From positions 6,094 through 70,093 of the forward strand of contig JADGRQ010000005.1 in the NCBI GenBank assembly GCA_017880775.1: a DNA stretch of 64,000 nucleotides, read 5' to 3'. Shown piece after piece: positions 51,529 to 61,479 of the stretch (its first letter is position 1; each line of letters begins with the position of its first letter). This stretch comes from Burkholderiales bacterium. Lineage in GTDB: Bacteria > Pseudomonadota > Gammaproteobacteria > Burkholderiales > SG8-39. Under the pieces are notes generated by a model. The model made no database searches. It saw only the letters and a program-made list of their open reading frames with translations, and had not been told where the DNA came from. The position numbers and the translations under genes were made by a program.

Positions 51529-52716
51529 ATGAAACTCACGCAGCGCATCGTCGCAGGTGCTGTCATCGCTCTCGCCGCAGGCAGCGCGCACGCCCAGGTC
51601 AAGGTCGGGGAACTGAACAGCTACAAGACCTTCCCCGCCTTCCTCGAACCGTACAAGAAAGGCTGGCAGCTCGCGCTCGACGAAATCAACGCCTCCGGCG
51701 GACTGCTCGGCCAGAAAGTCGAGGTCATCTCGCGCGAGGACGGCGGCACGCCGGGCGATGCGGTGCGCGTCGCCGAGGAACTGCTGGCGCGTGAAAAGGT
51801 GAACCTGATCATGGGCACGTTTGCCTCCAACGTCGGCCTGGCCGTTTCGAACCTCGCGGCACAGCGCAAAGTCCTGTTCATCGCCGCCGAGCCGCTCACC
51901 GACAAGATCGTCTGGGAGAACGGCAACCGCTACACCTTCCGGGTCCGTCCTTCCACCTACATGCAGACTGCAATGCTGATTCCCGACGCGGTGAAACTCA
52001 AGAAACAGCGCTGGGCGATCGTCTATCCCAACTACGAGTACGGCCAGTCGGCCACCCGCTGGTTCAAGGAACTGATGGCGAAGGCCCAGCCCGGCGTGCA
52101 ATTCGTCGGCGAGCAGGCCCCGGCGCTCGGCAAAATCGACGCAGGCGCCGTGGCCCAGGCGCTCGCGGATGCGAAGCCGGACGCAATTTTCAGCTCGCTG
52201 TTCGGTGCCGACCTGCAAAAGTTCGTGCGCGAAGGCAATCTGCGCGGCCTGTTCAAGAACACCGTGGTATTCAACCTGCTCGCCGGCGAACCCGAGTACC
52301 TCGATCCGCTCAAGGAAGAGACGCCCGATGGCTGGTACGTGACGGGGTATCCGTGGAACGAGATCAACACGCCCGCGCACAAGAAGTTCCGCGAGGCCTA
52401 CCAGAAGAAATGGAAGGACTACCCCCGACTCGGCTCGATCGTCGGCTATTCGACCATGCAGACCGTCGCCAACACGATCCGCAAGGCGAAGAGCGCGGAG
52501 ACCGAGAAGATGATCGAGGCACTGCGCGGCATGGAGATGGACACCCCGATCGGCCCGATCGTATGGCGGGCGGTCGACCACCAGTCCACCATGGGCGCCT
52601 ACGTCGGCAGACTCGCCAGGAAAGGCGACAAGGGTGTGATGGTGGACTGGAAGTTCGCACCGGGCGACCAGTACCTGCCCTCGTTCGAGCAGATCAAGGG
52701 ATGGCGCAAGGAATAA
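51529..52716 (+). CDS. ABC transporter substrate-binding protein (LivK/branched-chain amino acid-binding family)
   Basis: 395 aa. Signal peptide MKLTQRIVAGAVIALAAGSAHA and a type I periplasmic binding fold pattern. Confidence 0.85.
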   Translation: MKLTQRIVAGAVIALAAGSAHAQVKVGELNSYKTFPAFLEPYKKGWQLALDEINASGGLLGQKVEVISREDGGTPGDAVRVAEELLAREKVNLIMGTFASNVGLAVSNLAAQRKVLFIAAEPLTDKIVWENGNRYTFRVRPSTYMQTAMLIPDAVKLKKQRWAIVYPNYEYGQSATRWFKELMAKAQPGVQFVGEQAPALGKIDAGAVAQALADAKPDAIFSSLFGADLQKFVREGNLRGLFKNTVVFNLLAGEPEYLDPLKEETPDGWYVTGYPWNEINTPAHKKFREAYQKKWKDYPRLGSIVGYSTMQTVANTIRKAKSAETEKMIEALRGMEMDTPIGPIVWRAVDHQSTMGAYVGRLARKGDKGVMVDWKFAPGDQYLPSFEQIKGWRKE

Positions 52717-52785
52717 GCAGGAAAGGGGGGCTCCAGCAGAACGCTTCTGCCCCCCTTTGACCCCCCGCCCGGGGGCGCCCACACC

Positions 52786-54660
52786 GTGAGCTCCTCCGCG
52801 ATCGCAATTCAGTTCTTGAACGGCCTGGCGAGCGCCTCGTCGCTGTTTCTCGTCGCCGCCGGGCTGTCGCTGATCTTCGGCGTCACGCGCATCGTCAATT
52901 TCGCGCACGGCTCGCTTTACATGCTCGGCGCGTACATGGCCTATAGCCTGGTCGAATACTTCGGCCGCACGCCGCTCGGTTTCTGGGGTGGCGTGATGAT
53001 CGCGGGCCTCGCCGCGGGATTGATCGGAGCCGTTCTGGAAATCGTCCTGCTGAGGCGCCTCTATCAGGCGCCGGAGCTGCTGCAACTGCTCGCGACGTTC
53101 GCGCTGGTGCTGGTGATCAAGGATTTCGCCCTCTGGGTGTGGGGCCCGGAAGACCTGCTCGGCCCGCGTGCGCCCGGGTTCGACCAGGCCGTCGCCATTG
53201 CAGGACGCGCTTTCCCGGAATTCGACCTGCTGCTGATTGCGATCGGGCCGGTCGTGCTCGGGCTGCTGTGGCTGCTGCTCACGCGCACGCGCTGGGGCAC
53301 CCTGGTGCGCGCAGCGACCGAAGACCGCGAGATGGCCGGTGCGCTGGGCGTCAATCAGGCGTGGCTGTTCACCGGCGTGTTCGCGCTCGGGTCGCTGCTC
53401 GCGGGCATCGGGGGCGCGATCAACATCCCGCGCGAACCCGCAACGCTGGGCATGGACCTCTCGATCATCTCCGACGTGTTCGTCGTCGTCGTGGTCGGCG
53501 GGATGGGCTCGATCCCGGGCGCGTTTCTCGCCGCGCTGCTGATCTCGGTGATCAAGGCATTCTGCATCGGCATCGGCGAAGTGCATGCGTTCGGCATCGA
53601 TTTCTCCTTCTCCAAGCTCACGCTGGTGGTCGAATTCATCGTCATGGCGATCGTGCTGGTAATCCGGCCCTGGGGCCTGCTCGGGCGCCCCTCGGCCGTC
53701 GCCCGCGGACCCGGCACGGTCGAAGACCCGCTGCGTGCGCCGCCGCGGCCGCTGCTCGCCTTCGGCGCCGCAATGCTCGCCATCCTGGTGCTGATGCCGC
53801 TGTTGAGCGATGCATATACGCTGGTGCTTCTCGGCGACATTCTCGTGTTCGCGCTGTTTTCAGTGAGCCTGCACTTCATCATCGGTCCGGCAGGAATGCA
53901 CTCGTTCGGCCATGCGGCCTACTTCGGCCTTGGTGCATACGGTGCGGCCCTCGCGCTCAAGCACCTGATGCCGATGGAAGCCGCGCTGTTCGCGGGACCG
54001 CTCGCGGCGGCGTTGGGCGCCCTGCTCTTCGGCTGGTTCTGCGTACGCCTGTCGGGCGTGTACCTCGCGATGCTGACGCTCGCCTTCGCGCAGATCACCT
54101 GGTCGATCGTATTCCAGTGGGACACGTTCACCGGCGGCTCGAACGGCCTGGTCGATGTCTGGCCCGCGGCATGGCTCGGCTCCAAGACCGCCTACTACTA
54201 CCTCACGCTCGCGCTCGCCACGGCGGGGATCCTGCTGCTGTGGCGCATGCTGTACGCACCGTTCGGCTATGCGTTGCGCGCCGGGCGCGATTCGCCATTA
54301 CGCGCCGATGCGATCGGCATCGACGTCCGCCGCACCCAATGGGCGGGATTCGTGCTTGCCGGACTGTTCGCCGGCCTGGCGGGCGCAGTGTATGCATTCT
54401 CCAAGGGCTCGATTTCGCCCGAGGTGGTCGCGATTCCGCGCTCGGTGGACGGCTTGGTGATGGTGCTGCTCGGCGGCATCCAGACGCTGACCGGACCGGT
54501 GGCCGGCGCCGCCGTATTCACCTGGCTGCAGGACACCATCGCGCGCAACACCGACTTCTGGCGCGCGACGCTCGGCATGATCATTCTGGTTCTGGTGCTG
54601 GCCTTCCCGCGGGGGGTGACTGGAATGCTGCGGCGGCGATTCATGCGGGAGCCCGCATGA
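52786..54660 (+). CDS. Fused LivH-like/LivM-like ABC transporter permease
   Basis: 624 aa with a GTG start. The N-terminal half is LivH-like (FLNGLASASSLFLVAAGLSLIFG) and the C-terminal half LivM-like (GHAAYFGLGAY). Polytopic throughout. Confidence 0.85.
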   Translation: MSSSAIAIQFLNGLASASSLFLVAAGLSLIFGVTRIVNFAHGSLYMLGAYMAYSLVEYFGRTPLGFWGGVMIAGLAAGLIGAVLEIVLLRRLYQAPELLQLLATFALVLVIKDFALWVWGPEDLLGPRAPGFDQAVAIAGRAFPEFDLLLIAIGPVVLGLLWLLLTRTRWGTLVRAATEDREMAGALGVNQAWLFTGVFALGSLLAGIGGAINIPREPATLGMDLSIISDVFVVVVVGGMGSIPGAFLAALLISVIKAFCIGIGEVHAFGIDFSFSKLTLVVEFIVMAIVLVIRPWGLLGRPSAVARGPGTVEDPLRAPPRPLLAFGAAMLAILVLMPLLSDAYTLVLLGDILVFALFSVSLHFIIGPAGMHSFGHAAYFGLGAYGAALALKHLMPMEAALFAGPLAAALGALLFGWFCVRLSGVYLAMLTLAFAQITWSIVFQWDTFTGGSNGLVDVWPAAWLGSKTAYYYLTLALATAGILLLWRMLYAPFGYALRAGRDSPLRADAIGIDVRRTQWAGFVLAGLFAGLAGAVYAFSKGSISPEVVAIPRSVDGLVMVLLGGIQTLTGPVAGAAVFTWLQDTIARNTDFWRATLGMIILVLVLAFPRGVTGMLRRRFMREPA

Positions 54661-55403
54661 GCGCGCTAGTGGTGAAGAACCTGTCCAAGGCCTACGGCGG
54701 CGTGCAGGCGGTCGACGATGTCTCGTTCTCGGTCGCGGCCGGCGAGCTACTGGCGATGATCGGGCCGAATGGCGCGGGCAAGACGACCTGCTTCAACATG
54801 CTGAACGGCCAACTCGCACCCGACACCGGATCGGTCGAGTTCGAGGGCCGCCGGCTGACCGGCCTTGCGCCGCGCGCCATCTGGCGGCTGGGCGTCGGCC
54901 GCACCTTCCAGATCACCGCGACCTTCGCTTCGATGACGGTGCGCGAAAACGTGCAGATGGCGCTGCTTTCGCACCGCCGCCGGCTGGGTGCGCTGTTCCC
55001 GGTCGCTGCGCACCAGTACCGCGACGAGGCCGACGCGCTGCTCGGCCGCGTCGGCATGCGCGACCAGGCCGAGCGCGCCTGCGCGGTGCTTGCATACGGC
55101 AACCTCAAACGCGTCGAACTGGCGGTCGCGCTGGCGAACACCCCGCGCCTGCTGCTGATGGATGAGCCGACCGCAGGCATGGCGCCCGGCGAGCGCAACG
55201 AACTGATGCAGCTCGCCGCCGACCTCGCGCGCAGCTCGAACATCGCCGTGCTGTTCACCGAGCACGACATGGACGTGGTATTCACGCACGCCGACCGCAT
55301 CATCGTGCTCGCCCAGGGACGCTTGATCGCGCAAGGCACGCCGGCCGACGTGCGCGCCGACCCGCGCGTGCGCGAGGTCTATCTGGGGTCGCTCCATGCT
55401 TAG
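54657..55403 (+). CDS. ABC transporter ATP-binding protein (LivG-like)
   Basis: 248 aa with an ATGA overlap with the permease. Walker A GPNGAGKTT and Walker B LLLMDEPTAG. Confidence 0.9.
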   Translation: MSALVVKNLSKAYGGVQAVDDVSFSVAAGELLAMIGPNGAGKTTCFNMLNGQLAPDTGSVEFEGRRLTGLAPRAIWRLGVGRTFQITATFASMTVRENVQMALLSHRRRLGALFPVAAHQYRDEADALLGRVGMRDQAERACAVLAYGNLKRVELAVALANTPRLLLMDEPTAGMAPGERNELMQLAADLARSSNIAVLFTEHDMDVVFTHADRIIVLAQGRLIAQGTPADVRADPRVREVYLGSLHA

Positions 55404-56097
55404 CGTCAGGCGTCTCAACGCCGCCTATGGCCGGGCCCAGATCCTGTTCGATCTCGGATTGGAGGCATCGAAAGGCGAAGTGGTGGTCCTGCTGGGGAGG
55501 AACGGTGCCGGCAAGTCCACCACTCTGAAGACGATCATGGGGCTGGTCCGTCCGCTGTCCGGCGAAGTTGCAATGGAAGGCCGCATGCTCACGTCCATGA
55601 AACCGTATCAAATCGCGCGCCTGGGTTTGGGTTATGTTCCGGAGGAGCGGAGAATTTTCACCGACCTGAACGTGATGGAGAACCTCGAAGTCGGCCGCCA
55701 GCCGCGGCGCGAAGGCGCACCGCACTGGACGCCGGAGCGGTTGTTCGAATTGTTTCCCAACCTCGGGCGCATGCAGGACCGGCTTGGCGGCCGGATGTCG
55801 GGTGGCGAGCAGCAGATGCTGACCATCGCGCGCACGCTGATGGGCAATCCTGCGGCGATCCTGCTCGATGAGCCTTCCGAAGGCCTGGCGCCGGTGATCG
55901 TCGAGCAGATGGCGGCGACCATCCGCTCGCTCAAACGCGAAGGATTGACGGTGCTGCTCTCCGAGCAGAACCTGCACTTTGCGCACGTCGTGGCTGACCG
56001 CGCCTACATCATCGAGAAGGGCCAGATCCGCTACACCGGCACGATGGCGGAGCTCGAATCGAATGCGGCCGTGCGCGAGCAGTACCTGTCCGTATGA
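55396..56097 (+). CDS. ABC transporter ATP-binding protein (LivF-like)
   Basis: 233 aa. GRNGAGKSTT, signature MSGGEQQM and Walker B ILLDEPSEG. Confidence 0.9.
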   Translation: MLSVRRLNAAYGRAQILFDLGLEASKGEVVVLLGRNGAGKSTTLKTIMGLVRPLSGEVAMEGRMLTSMKPYQIARLGLGYVPEERRIFTDLNVMENLEVGRQPRREGAPHWTPERLFELFPNLGRMQDRLGGRMSGGEQQMLTIARTLMGNPAAILLDEPSEGLAPVIVEQMAATIRSLKREGLTVLLSEQNLHFAHVVADRAYIIEKGQIRYTGTMAELESNAAVREQYLSV

Positions 56098-58133
56098 GCG
56101 CCGCGCACTGGATCGCAGGCATCGATGTGGGCGGCACGTTCACCGACCTGATCGCGATTAATCTCGCCGACGGCGCAGTACGCCTTTCAAAGGTACCCAC
56201 CACGACGGACAACCAGGCCTACGGAGTGCTCGCGGCGATCGAATCGGCGCGTCTGGATCTCAAGCAGATCGGCCTGATCGTGCACGGCACGACCACCACC
56301 ACCAACGCGCTGCTTGAACGAAAGCTGGCCAAGACCGGATTGATCACCACCCGGGGCTTCCGCGACGTGCTCGAACTGGGCCGACGCACCCGCCCGAAAC
56401 CTTACGGCCTGATCGGCACGTTCACGCCGCTGATTCCTCGTGAACTGCGCCTCGAAGTGGCCGAGCGCATGGACGCCGAAGGCGAGGTGGTCGAACCGCT
56501 CGACGAACCGGCGGTGCGCCATGCGGTGGAAAGGCTCAAGGCGGCCGGTTGCGTATCCCTCGTCATCCATTTTCTGCACAGTTACATCAATCCCGCGCAC
56601 GAGCGGCGTGCGTTGGAAATCGCCTGCGAACTCTGGCCCAACCGCTACGTCACCGCCGGGCATCGCGTATTGTCCGAGTATCGCGAGTACGAGCGCGGCG
56701 TCACCGCCACCGTGAACGCGGCGGTGCAACCCATCCTCGATCTCTACATCGGCCGGCTGCGCGACGAGTTGCGCACGCGCGGCTTCGCCCACGACCTGCT
56801 CGTGATGCAGGGCAACGGCGGCACCGTGTCGGCGGACATCGTCGCCGAGACCGCGGCCAACACGGTCATGTCCGGCCCCGCTTCCGGCATCATTGCCGCC
56901 GCGTACTCCGCGGTGGCGGCCGGGATCCCCAATGTCATCGCCTACGACATGGGGGGCACCTCGACCGACGTAGGCATGATCCAGAACGGCGTGCCGCAGG
57001 TCTCCGCCGAACTCGAACTCGAGTACGCGATGCCGATCCACGTGCCGATGGTGGACGTGCACACCATCGGCGCGGGCGGCGGATCGATCGCGTCGATCGG
57101 CGAAGACGGCCTGCTGCAGGTCGGGCCGAGGAGCGCGGGCGCGATGCCCGGGCCGATCTGCTACGGGCGCGGCGGCAGCGAGCCGACCATCACGGACGCG
57201 AACCTGCTGCTCGGCCGCCTCAATCCGGACAAACTGCTTGGCGTCGAGGGGCGCATCGACCTCGCCGCCATCCGGCGCATTTTCGAGCAACGCCTCGGAA
57301 ACGCGCTCAGCCTCGACGCGACCGGCGTCGCCGCGGCGATCGTACGCATCGCCAACGACAGGATGGCGGGCGCGATCCGCATGGTGTCGCTCGCACGCGG
57401 CCACGATCCGCGCGACTTCGCGCTGTTTCCGTTCGGCGGCGCCGGCCCTTTGCATGCAGCCGCGCTCGCGCGCGAACTCGGTATTCCGCGGCTGCTGGTC
57501 CCGATGCGTCCAGGGATCACCAATGCGCTCGGCTGTGTGGTCGCGGATCTGCGAAATGATTACGTGAACACGGTCAACAAGCCCCTTCCCCAGCTGGACG
57601 ATGCGCTGGTCCGAACTACGCTGGAGTCCCAGATCACTGAAGGCCGTGCATCGCTCGAGCGCCAAGGCGTGCGGATTGAAGGGGTGAGACTGCTGCACTT
57701 CGCCGACATGCAGTTCCAGGGCCAAAGCCACATCCTCACAGTTCCGCTGCCAGACACTGACGTTTCCAGGGACGCATTGCAGAAGCTCTTCGACAAGGCC
57801 TACTGGGACCGCTTCGGCGTCGAGCTGCCCGAGATCCGCGCGGTGCTGGTCAATCTGCACACCGCCGTGATCGGGCTGCGCAAGCGTCTGGATCTGGCCG
57901 TGCTGGCGCAGGGCGCGCCTGCACGCGACTTGGCTGGAGCGAAGACCGGCGAGCGGGAGGTGTGGTTCGAAGGCGGGATTCGCATTGCGCCGATCCTGCG
58001 TCGCGAGAAACTGCCCCTGGGGGCGGCGTTCGACGGACCTGCGATCATCGAACAGCTTGACTGCACTACTGTGGTCGAACCGGGCAATCGTGTTGAAGTT
58101 GATGCTCTGGGAAATCTCGTTGTGACCGTCTGA
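56094..58133 (+). CDS. hyuA: Hydantoinase/oxoprolinase family protein, A (HyuA-like) subunit
   Basis: 679 aa with an ATGA overlap with the upstream ATPase. N-terminus IGIDVGGTFTDL plus a second ASKHA-fold motif AYDMGGTSTDV. Confidence 0.85.
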   Translation: MSAAHWIAGIDVGGTFTDLIAINLADGAVRLSKVPTTTDNQAYGVLAAIESARLDLKQIGLIVHGTTTTTNALLERKLAKTGLITTRGFRDVLELGRRTRPKPYGLIGTFTPLIPRELRLEVAERMDAEGEVVEPLDEPAVRHAVERLKAAGCVSLVIHFLHSYINPAHERRALEIACELWPNRYVTAGHRVLSEYREYERGVTATVNAAVQPILDLYIGRLRDELRTRGFAHDLLVMQGNGGTVSADIVAETAANTVMSGPASGIIAAAYSAVAAGIPNVIAYDMGGTSTDVGMIQNGVPQVSAELELEYAMPIHVPMVDVHTIGAGGGSIASIGEDGLLQVGPRSAGAMPGPICYGRGGSEPTITDANLLLGRLNPDKLLGVEGRIDLAAIRRIFEQRLGNALSLDATGVAAAIVRIANDRMAGAIRMVSLARGHDPRDFALFPFGGAGPLHAAALARELGIPRLLVPMRPGITNALGCVVADLRNDYVNTVNKPLPQLDDALVRTTLESQITEGRASLERQGVRIEGVRLLHFADMQFQGQSHILTVPLPDTDVSRDALQKLFDKAYWDRFGVELPEIRAVLVNLHTAVIGLRKRLDLAVLAQGAPARDLAGAKTGEREVWFEGGIRIAPILRREKLPLGAAFDGPAIIEQLDCTTVVEPGNRVEVDALGNLVVTV

Positions 58134-58259
58134 TGCGGTACTCGTGAATATTCACACTGCCGCGTATGCGGGATAGGCGGCGCTGCGCTGCCTTCCTAGG
58201 ATCGCTCCAGTCCCGGCGCATCGTGCGCCGCGGACCAACAGACGAAGGAGCGATCGACC

Positions 58260-58640
58260 ATGAAACGTCTACTCACCGCCAGCCTGCTCGGTCTCGCCGC
58301 GACGTGTCATGCCGCGGCCGACATCGGGGACGCGATGCTCGCCTACGAGCAAGGGCATTACGCCACCGCCTTCAAGCGCTTCCAAACCGCCGCCCGCGCC
58401 GGCGATGCGCGCGCACAGGAGATCCTCGGCTTCATGCAGGCGTTCGGCACGGACATGTACCCGGGCGTGCCGCGCGATCCGCGCGCCGCAGTCCAGTGGT
58501 TCGATCTCGCCGCGCGCAACGGCCGCCCGGTGAGCCGCTTCATGATGTGCGCAATGCTGCGCCATGCGGACGATGCGCTGCCCAAGGGGTGGCGCTGCTT
58601 CGACTGGGTCGCGGAGACCGGCAAACCCGCGCCGAAGTGA
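58260..58640 (+). CDS. Secreted Sel1-repeat (TPR-like) protein
   Basis: 126 aa with a GGAG RBS. Signal peptide MKRLLTASLLGLAATCHA and Sel1-like repeats (AARAGDARAQEILGFM; AARNGRPVSRFMM). Confidence 0.7.
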   Translation: MKRLLTASLLGLAATCHAAADIGDAMLAYEQGHYATAFKRFQTAARAGDARAQEILGFMQAFGTDMYPGVPRDPRAAVQWFDLAARNGRPVSRFMMCAMLRHADDALPKGWRCFDWVAETGKPAPK

Positions 58641-58653
58641 CCGGAGACAGACC

Positions 58654-59565
58654 ATGGCCATGCAGAACCTCGCCGTGCTTGTCCTGTGCTTCGCGGCCGG
58701 ATTGCTGTTGCGCCGCTCGGCACGCATGCCGGAATCGACGCCGGCCGCGCTGAACGGCTTCATCGTACACGTCGGGCTGCCGGCGCTTACGCTGCACCAC
58801 CTGCGCCACTTCTCGCCGGACGCAGGTATCGCCGCGCCGCTGCTGATGGCGTGGATCCTGTTCGCGCTCGGCGCAGCGTTCTTTCTCGGTGCACAGCGCG
58901 TGTTCCGCTGGCCTGCGGCAACCACCGGCGCGTTGATCCTGACCGGTGCGCTCGGCAACACCGCGTTCATCGGCCTGCCAATGATCGAGTGCTTCTTCGG
59001 CCGCGAGCATCTCCCGCTCGGCATACTCATCGACCAGCTGGGTACCTACGTCGTGCTCTCCACGGTGGGACTGTTCACCGCCGCCATGCTGTCGGCGGGC
59101 TCGCTTTCGCCGCGGGCCGTGCTGCGGCGCGTGTTTTCGTTTCCGCCGTTTCTCGCGGTCATTGCCGCGACCGTGCTCGCGCCGGTACCGTTTCCGGAAT
59201 GGCTGGACGCAGGCTTGGTGCGCCTCGGCGACACGGTCGCGCCCCTGGCGCTCGTGTCGGTGGGTTTCCAGTTGCGCCTGGGCGCGCTGCGCGCGCAATG
59301 GCGCCCGCTCGCCGCGGGGCTCGGCTACAAGCTCGTAGCCGGCCCGCTCGCGATTCTGGCGCTGCTGGCCGCTACGGTGGGACTCGACAGCGACACCGCA
59401 CGCATTACCGTGTTCGAAGCCGCCATGGCGCCGATGATCGGCGGGGCGATCGTCGCGATCGAGCACAAACTCGATCCGGACCTCGTCACGCTGATGGTCG
59501 GGATCGGCATCCCGCTGTCGTTCCTGACGCTGCCGGTGTGGTGGTACGCGCTGACGGGGATTTGA
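58654..59565 (+). CDS. AEC (auxin efflux carrier) family transporter
   Basis: 303 aa from ATG 58654 (GGAG RBS). About 10 hydrophobic segments and GALGNTAFIGLPM, which is typical of AEC proteins. Confidence 0.8.
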   Translation: MAMQNLAVLVLCFAAGLLLRRSARMPESTPAALNGFIVHVGLPALTLHHLRHFSPDAGIAAPLLMAWILFALGAAFFLGAQRVFRWPAATTGALILTGALGNTAFIGLPMIECFFGREHLPLGILIDQLGTYVVLSTVGLFTAAMLSAGSLSPRAVLRRVFSFPPFLAVIAATVLAPVPFPEWLDAGLVRLGDTVAPLALVSVGFQLRLGALRAQWRPLAAGLGYKLVAGPLAILALLAATVGLDSDTARITVFEAAMAPMIGGAIVAIEHKLDPDLVTLMVGIGIPLSFLTLPVWWYALTGI

Positions 59566-59644
59566 ATGTGGATTCGAAATGAGATTTACGTCGCCGGGCC
59601 GCCGGTATAAGGTGGTTCCGAAACCAGCAACTTGAGGAGCTCGC

Positions 59645-60511
59645 ATGCCGTTCGTCCAACCCGGACTCTTTCTTCGCTACGATCCTGCACCTGCCAGCGG
59701 AGAAGTACCGCTCGTCGTCGACGTCTCGCGCAGCGGACGCGAATACCCCAGGGAATTTCGCTCGCCGATCCCGTTCACCGTGCTGCACGACAACGTGTCG
59801 ATGTACGTCGAGGATCTGTGGGCCGCGGCGCCCTCGCTCGGTGCCACGCTGCTGTACTGCTGCTTTCCGAACACCTTCATGGATGTGAACCGCAACGAGC
59901 TCGACCTTGATCCTGCGGTGATCGAGGGCGAGTGGCCGGTGCCGTTGAAACCGAGTCCGGTGGCGATCCGCGGCCTGGGCCTGATCAAGACCAAATCGCG
60001 CTATGGCGAATCCATGCAGGAGAAGAAGCTCACCGTGGCCGAGGTGCGGGAGCGCCTCGACGTCTATTACCGGCCCTACCACCGCGAACTCGCGCGCATC
60101 ATCGACGCACTGCACGCGAAGCACGGCGCCGTGCGGCAACTGTCCTGCCATTGCATGTCGGCGGTCGGCGCGCCTACTCATGCCGACGCCGGCCAGCCGC
60201 GCGCCGATTTCTGCCTCGGCGACGTGGAGGGAACGACGTCATCGCCCGAGTTCGTGGCGTTCGTGAAGAAAACGATCGAAGGCCTGGGCTACAGCGTGAC
60301 CGTGAATACACCCTACATCGGCAACGAGCTGAATACCCGCTATGGCAGGCCCGCGCAGGGAATCGACAGCATCATGGTCGAGATCAACAAGAAGCTGTTC
60401 ATGGACACCAAGACCTTTCGCAAGACGGCGGGATTCGCCAGGCTGAAGGCCGATCTGGACAAGGTTCTCGCGGCCGTCGCGCAGGACACGCGCAAGAGAA
60501 GCAAGGCATGA
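59645..60511 (+). CDS. N-formylglutamate amidohydrolase (FGase/HutG-like) family protein
   Basis: 288 aa. Pattern PLVVDVSRSGREYP ... FMDVNRNE ... YYRPYH ... SCHCM fits the FGase family as I recall it. Confidence 0.6.
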   Translation: MPFVQPGLFLRYDPAPASGEVPLVVDVSRSGREYPREFRSPIPFTVLHDNVSMYVEDLWAAAPSLGATLLYCCFPNTFMDVNRNELDLDPAVIEGEWPVPLKPSPVAIRGLGLIKTKSRYGESMQEKKLTVAEVRERLDVYYRPYHRELARIIDALHAKHGAVRQLSCHCMSAVGAPTHADAGQPRADFCLGDVEGTTSSPEFVAFVKKTIEGLGYSVTVNTPYIGNELNTRYGRPAQGIDSIMVEINKKLFMDTKTFRKTAGFARLKADLDKVLAAVAQDTRKRSKA

Positions 60512-61467
60512 GACGCCTCCTGATCGCGTTCGTTGCATCGCTTGGCGCAGCGACTGGTGCCTTCGCGCAAGAGGCTTATCCGTCGAAACCGGTGCGCATG
60601 ATCGTGCCGTTTCCACCGGGAGGCGCGACCGACCTCGTCGCCCGCATGATCACGCAGAGACTCTCAGAGATACTCGGACGCCAGGTGTACGTAGAGAACC
60701 GCGGCGGCGCGGGGGGTGCGGTTGGATCCGAGGTGGCCGCGAAGGCCGCGCCCGACGGCTATACCCTTGTGATGGGCACGAGCGGCACGCACGCCATCAA
60801 TTTCAGCCTCTATGACAAGCCGACTTACGATCCGGTGAAGGATTTCGCGGCGGTGACGCGCGTCGCCGTGTTGCCCTCGATGATACTGGTGCACCCCTCC
60901 GTGCCCGCGAGCAACATCCGCGAGCTCATTGCGATTGCCAAGGCGCAGCCGGGCAAGCTTGCCTACGCCTCCGGGGGTAACCTGTTGTATCTCTCCGGCG
61001 CGCTGTTCACCAGCATGGCGGGAATCGAGATGCTGCACGTGCCGTTTCGCGGTGCAGGCCCGCAGATGAGCGCGATCGCGAACAACGACGTGCAGGTGGC
61101 GGTCATGCCGGTATTCAGCGCCCTTCCGATCGTCAAATCGGGCAAAGTTCGCGTCATCGCCGTCACCAGCCTGAAACGCACCCCTACCGCGCCCGAGTAT
61201 CCGACGGTGGCCGAGTCCGGCCTGCCGGGTTACGACGCAGTGTCCTGGTACGGCGTGTTTGCGACAGGCGGAACCCCCAAGCCCATCGTCGACCGGCTGA
61301 ACGCGGAGATCCGCCGCATCGTCGCGACGCCCGAGGTGACCGGTTCGCTGCTTGCGCAAGGGGCTGAACCCGCGTCCGACACCCCGGAGGAATTTGCCGC
61401 GATCGTACGCGCCGATGTGGTCAAGTGGGCCAAGATCGTCAAGGAAACCGGCGCCAAGCCCGACTGA
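60508..61467 (+). CDS. Tripartite tricarboxylate transporter substrate-binding protein (Bug/TctC family)
   Basis: 319 aa with an ATGA overlap. Signal peptide followed by YPSKPVRMIVPFPPGGATDLVAR, the Bug-family hallmark. Confidence 0.88.
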   Translation: MRRLLIAFVASLGAATGAFAQEAYPSKPVRMIVPFPPGGATDLVARMITQRLSEILGRQVYVENRGGAGGAVGSEVAAKAAPDGYTLVMGTSGTHAINFSLYDKPTYDPVKDFAAVTRVAVLPSMILVHPSVPASNIRELIAIAKAQPGKLAYASGGNLLYLSGALFTSMAGIEMLHVPFRGAGPQMSAIANNDVQVAVMPVFSALPIVKSGKVRVIAVTSLKRTPTAPEYPTVAESGLPGYDAVSWYGVFATGGTPKPIVDRLNAEIRRIVATPEVTGSLLAQGAEPASDTPEEFAAIVRADVVKWAKIVKETGAKPD

Positions 61468-61479
61468 TTCCTCCCGCCC

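Noticed and set aside
51259-53586. 775-aa minus-strand ORF
   Set aside because: Antisense to the DHFR-family, binding-protein and permease genes. It spans their intergenic regions and has no motifs.
56187-57860. 557-aa minus-strand ORF, and similar ones at 60664..62253 and 62311..63720
   Set aside because: Antisense to hyuA, the Bug gene and hyuB respectively. All have Arg/His/Asp-rich shadow composition.
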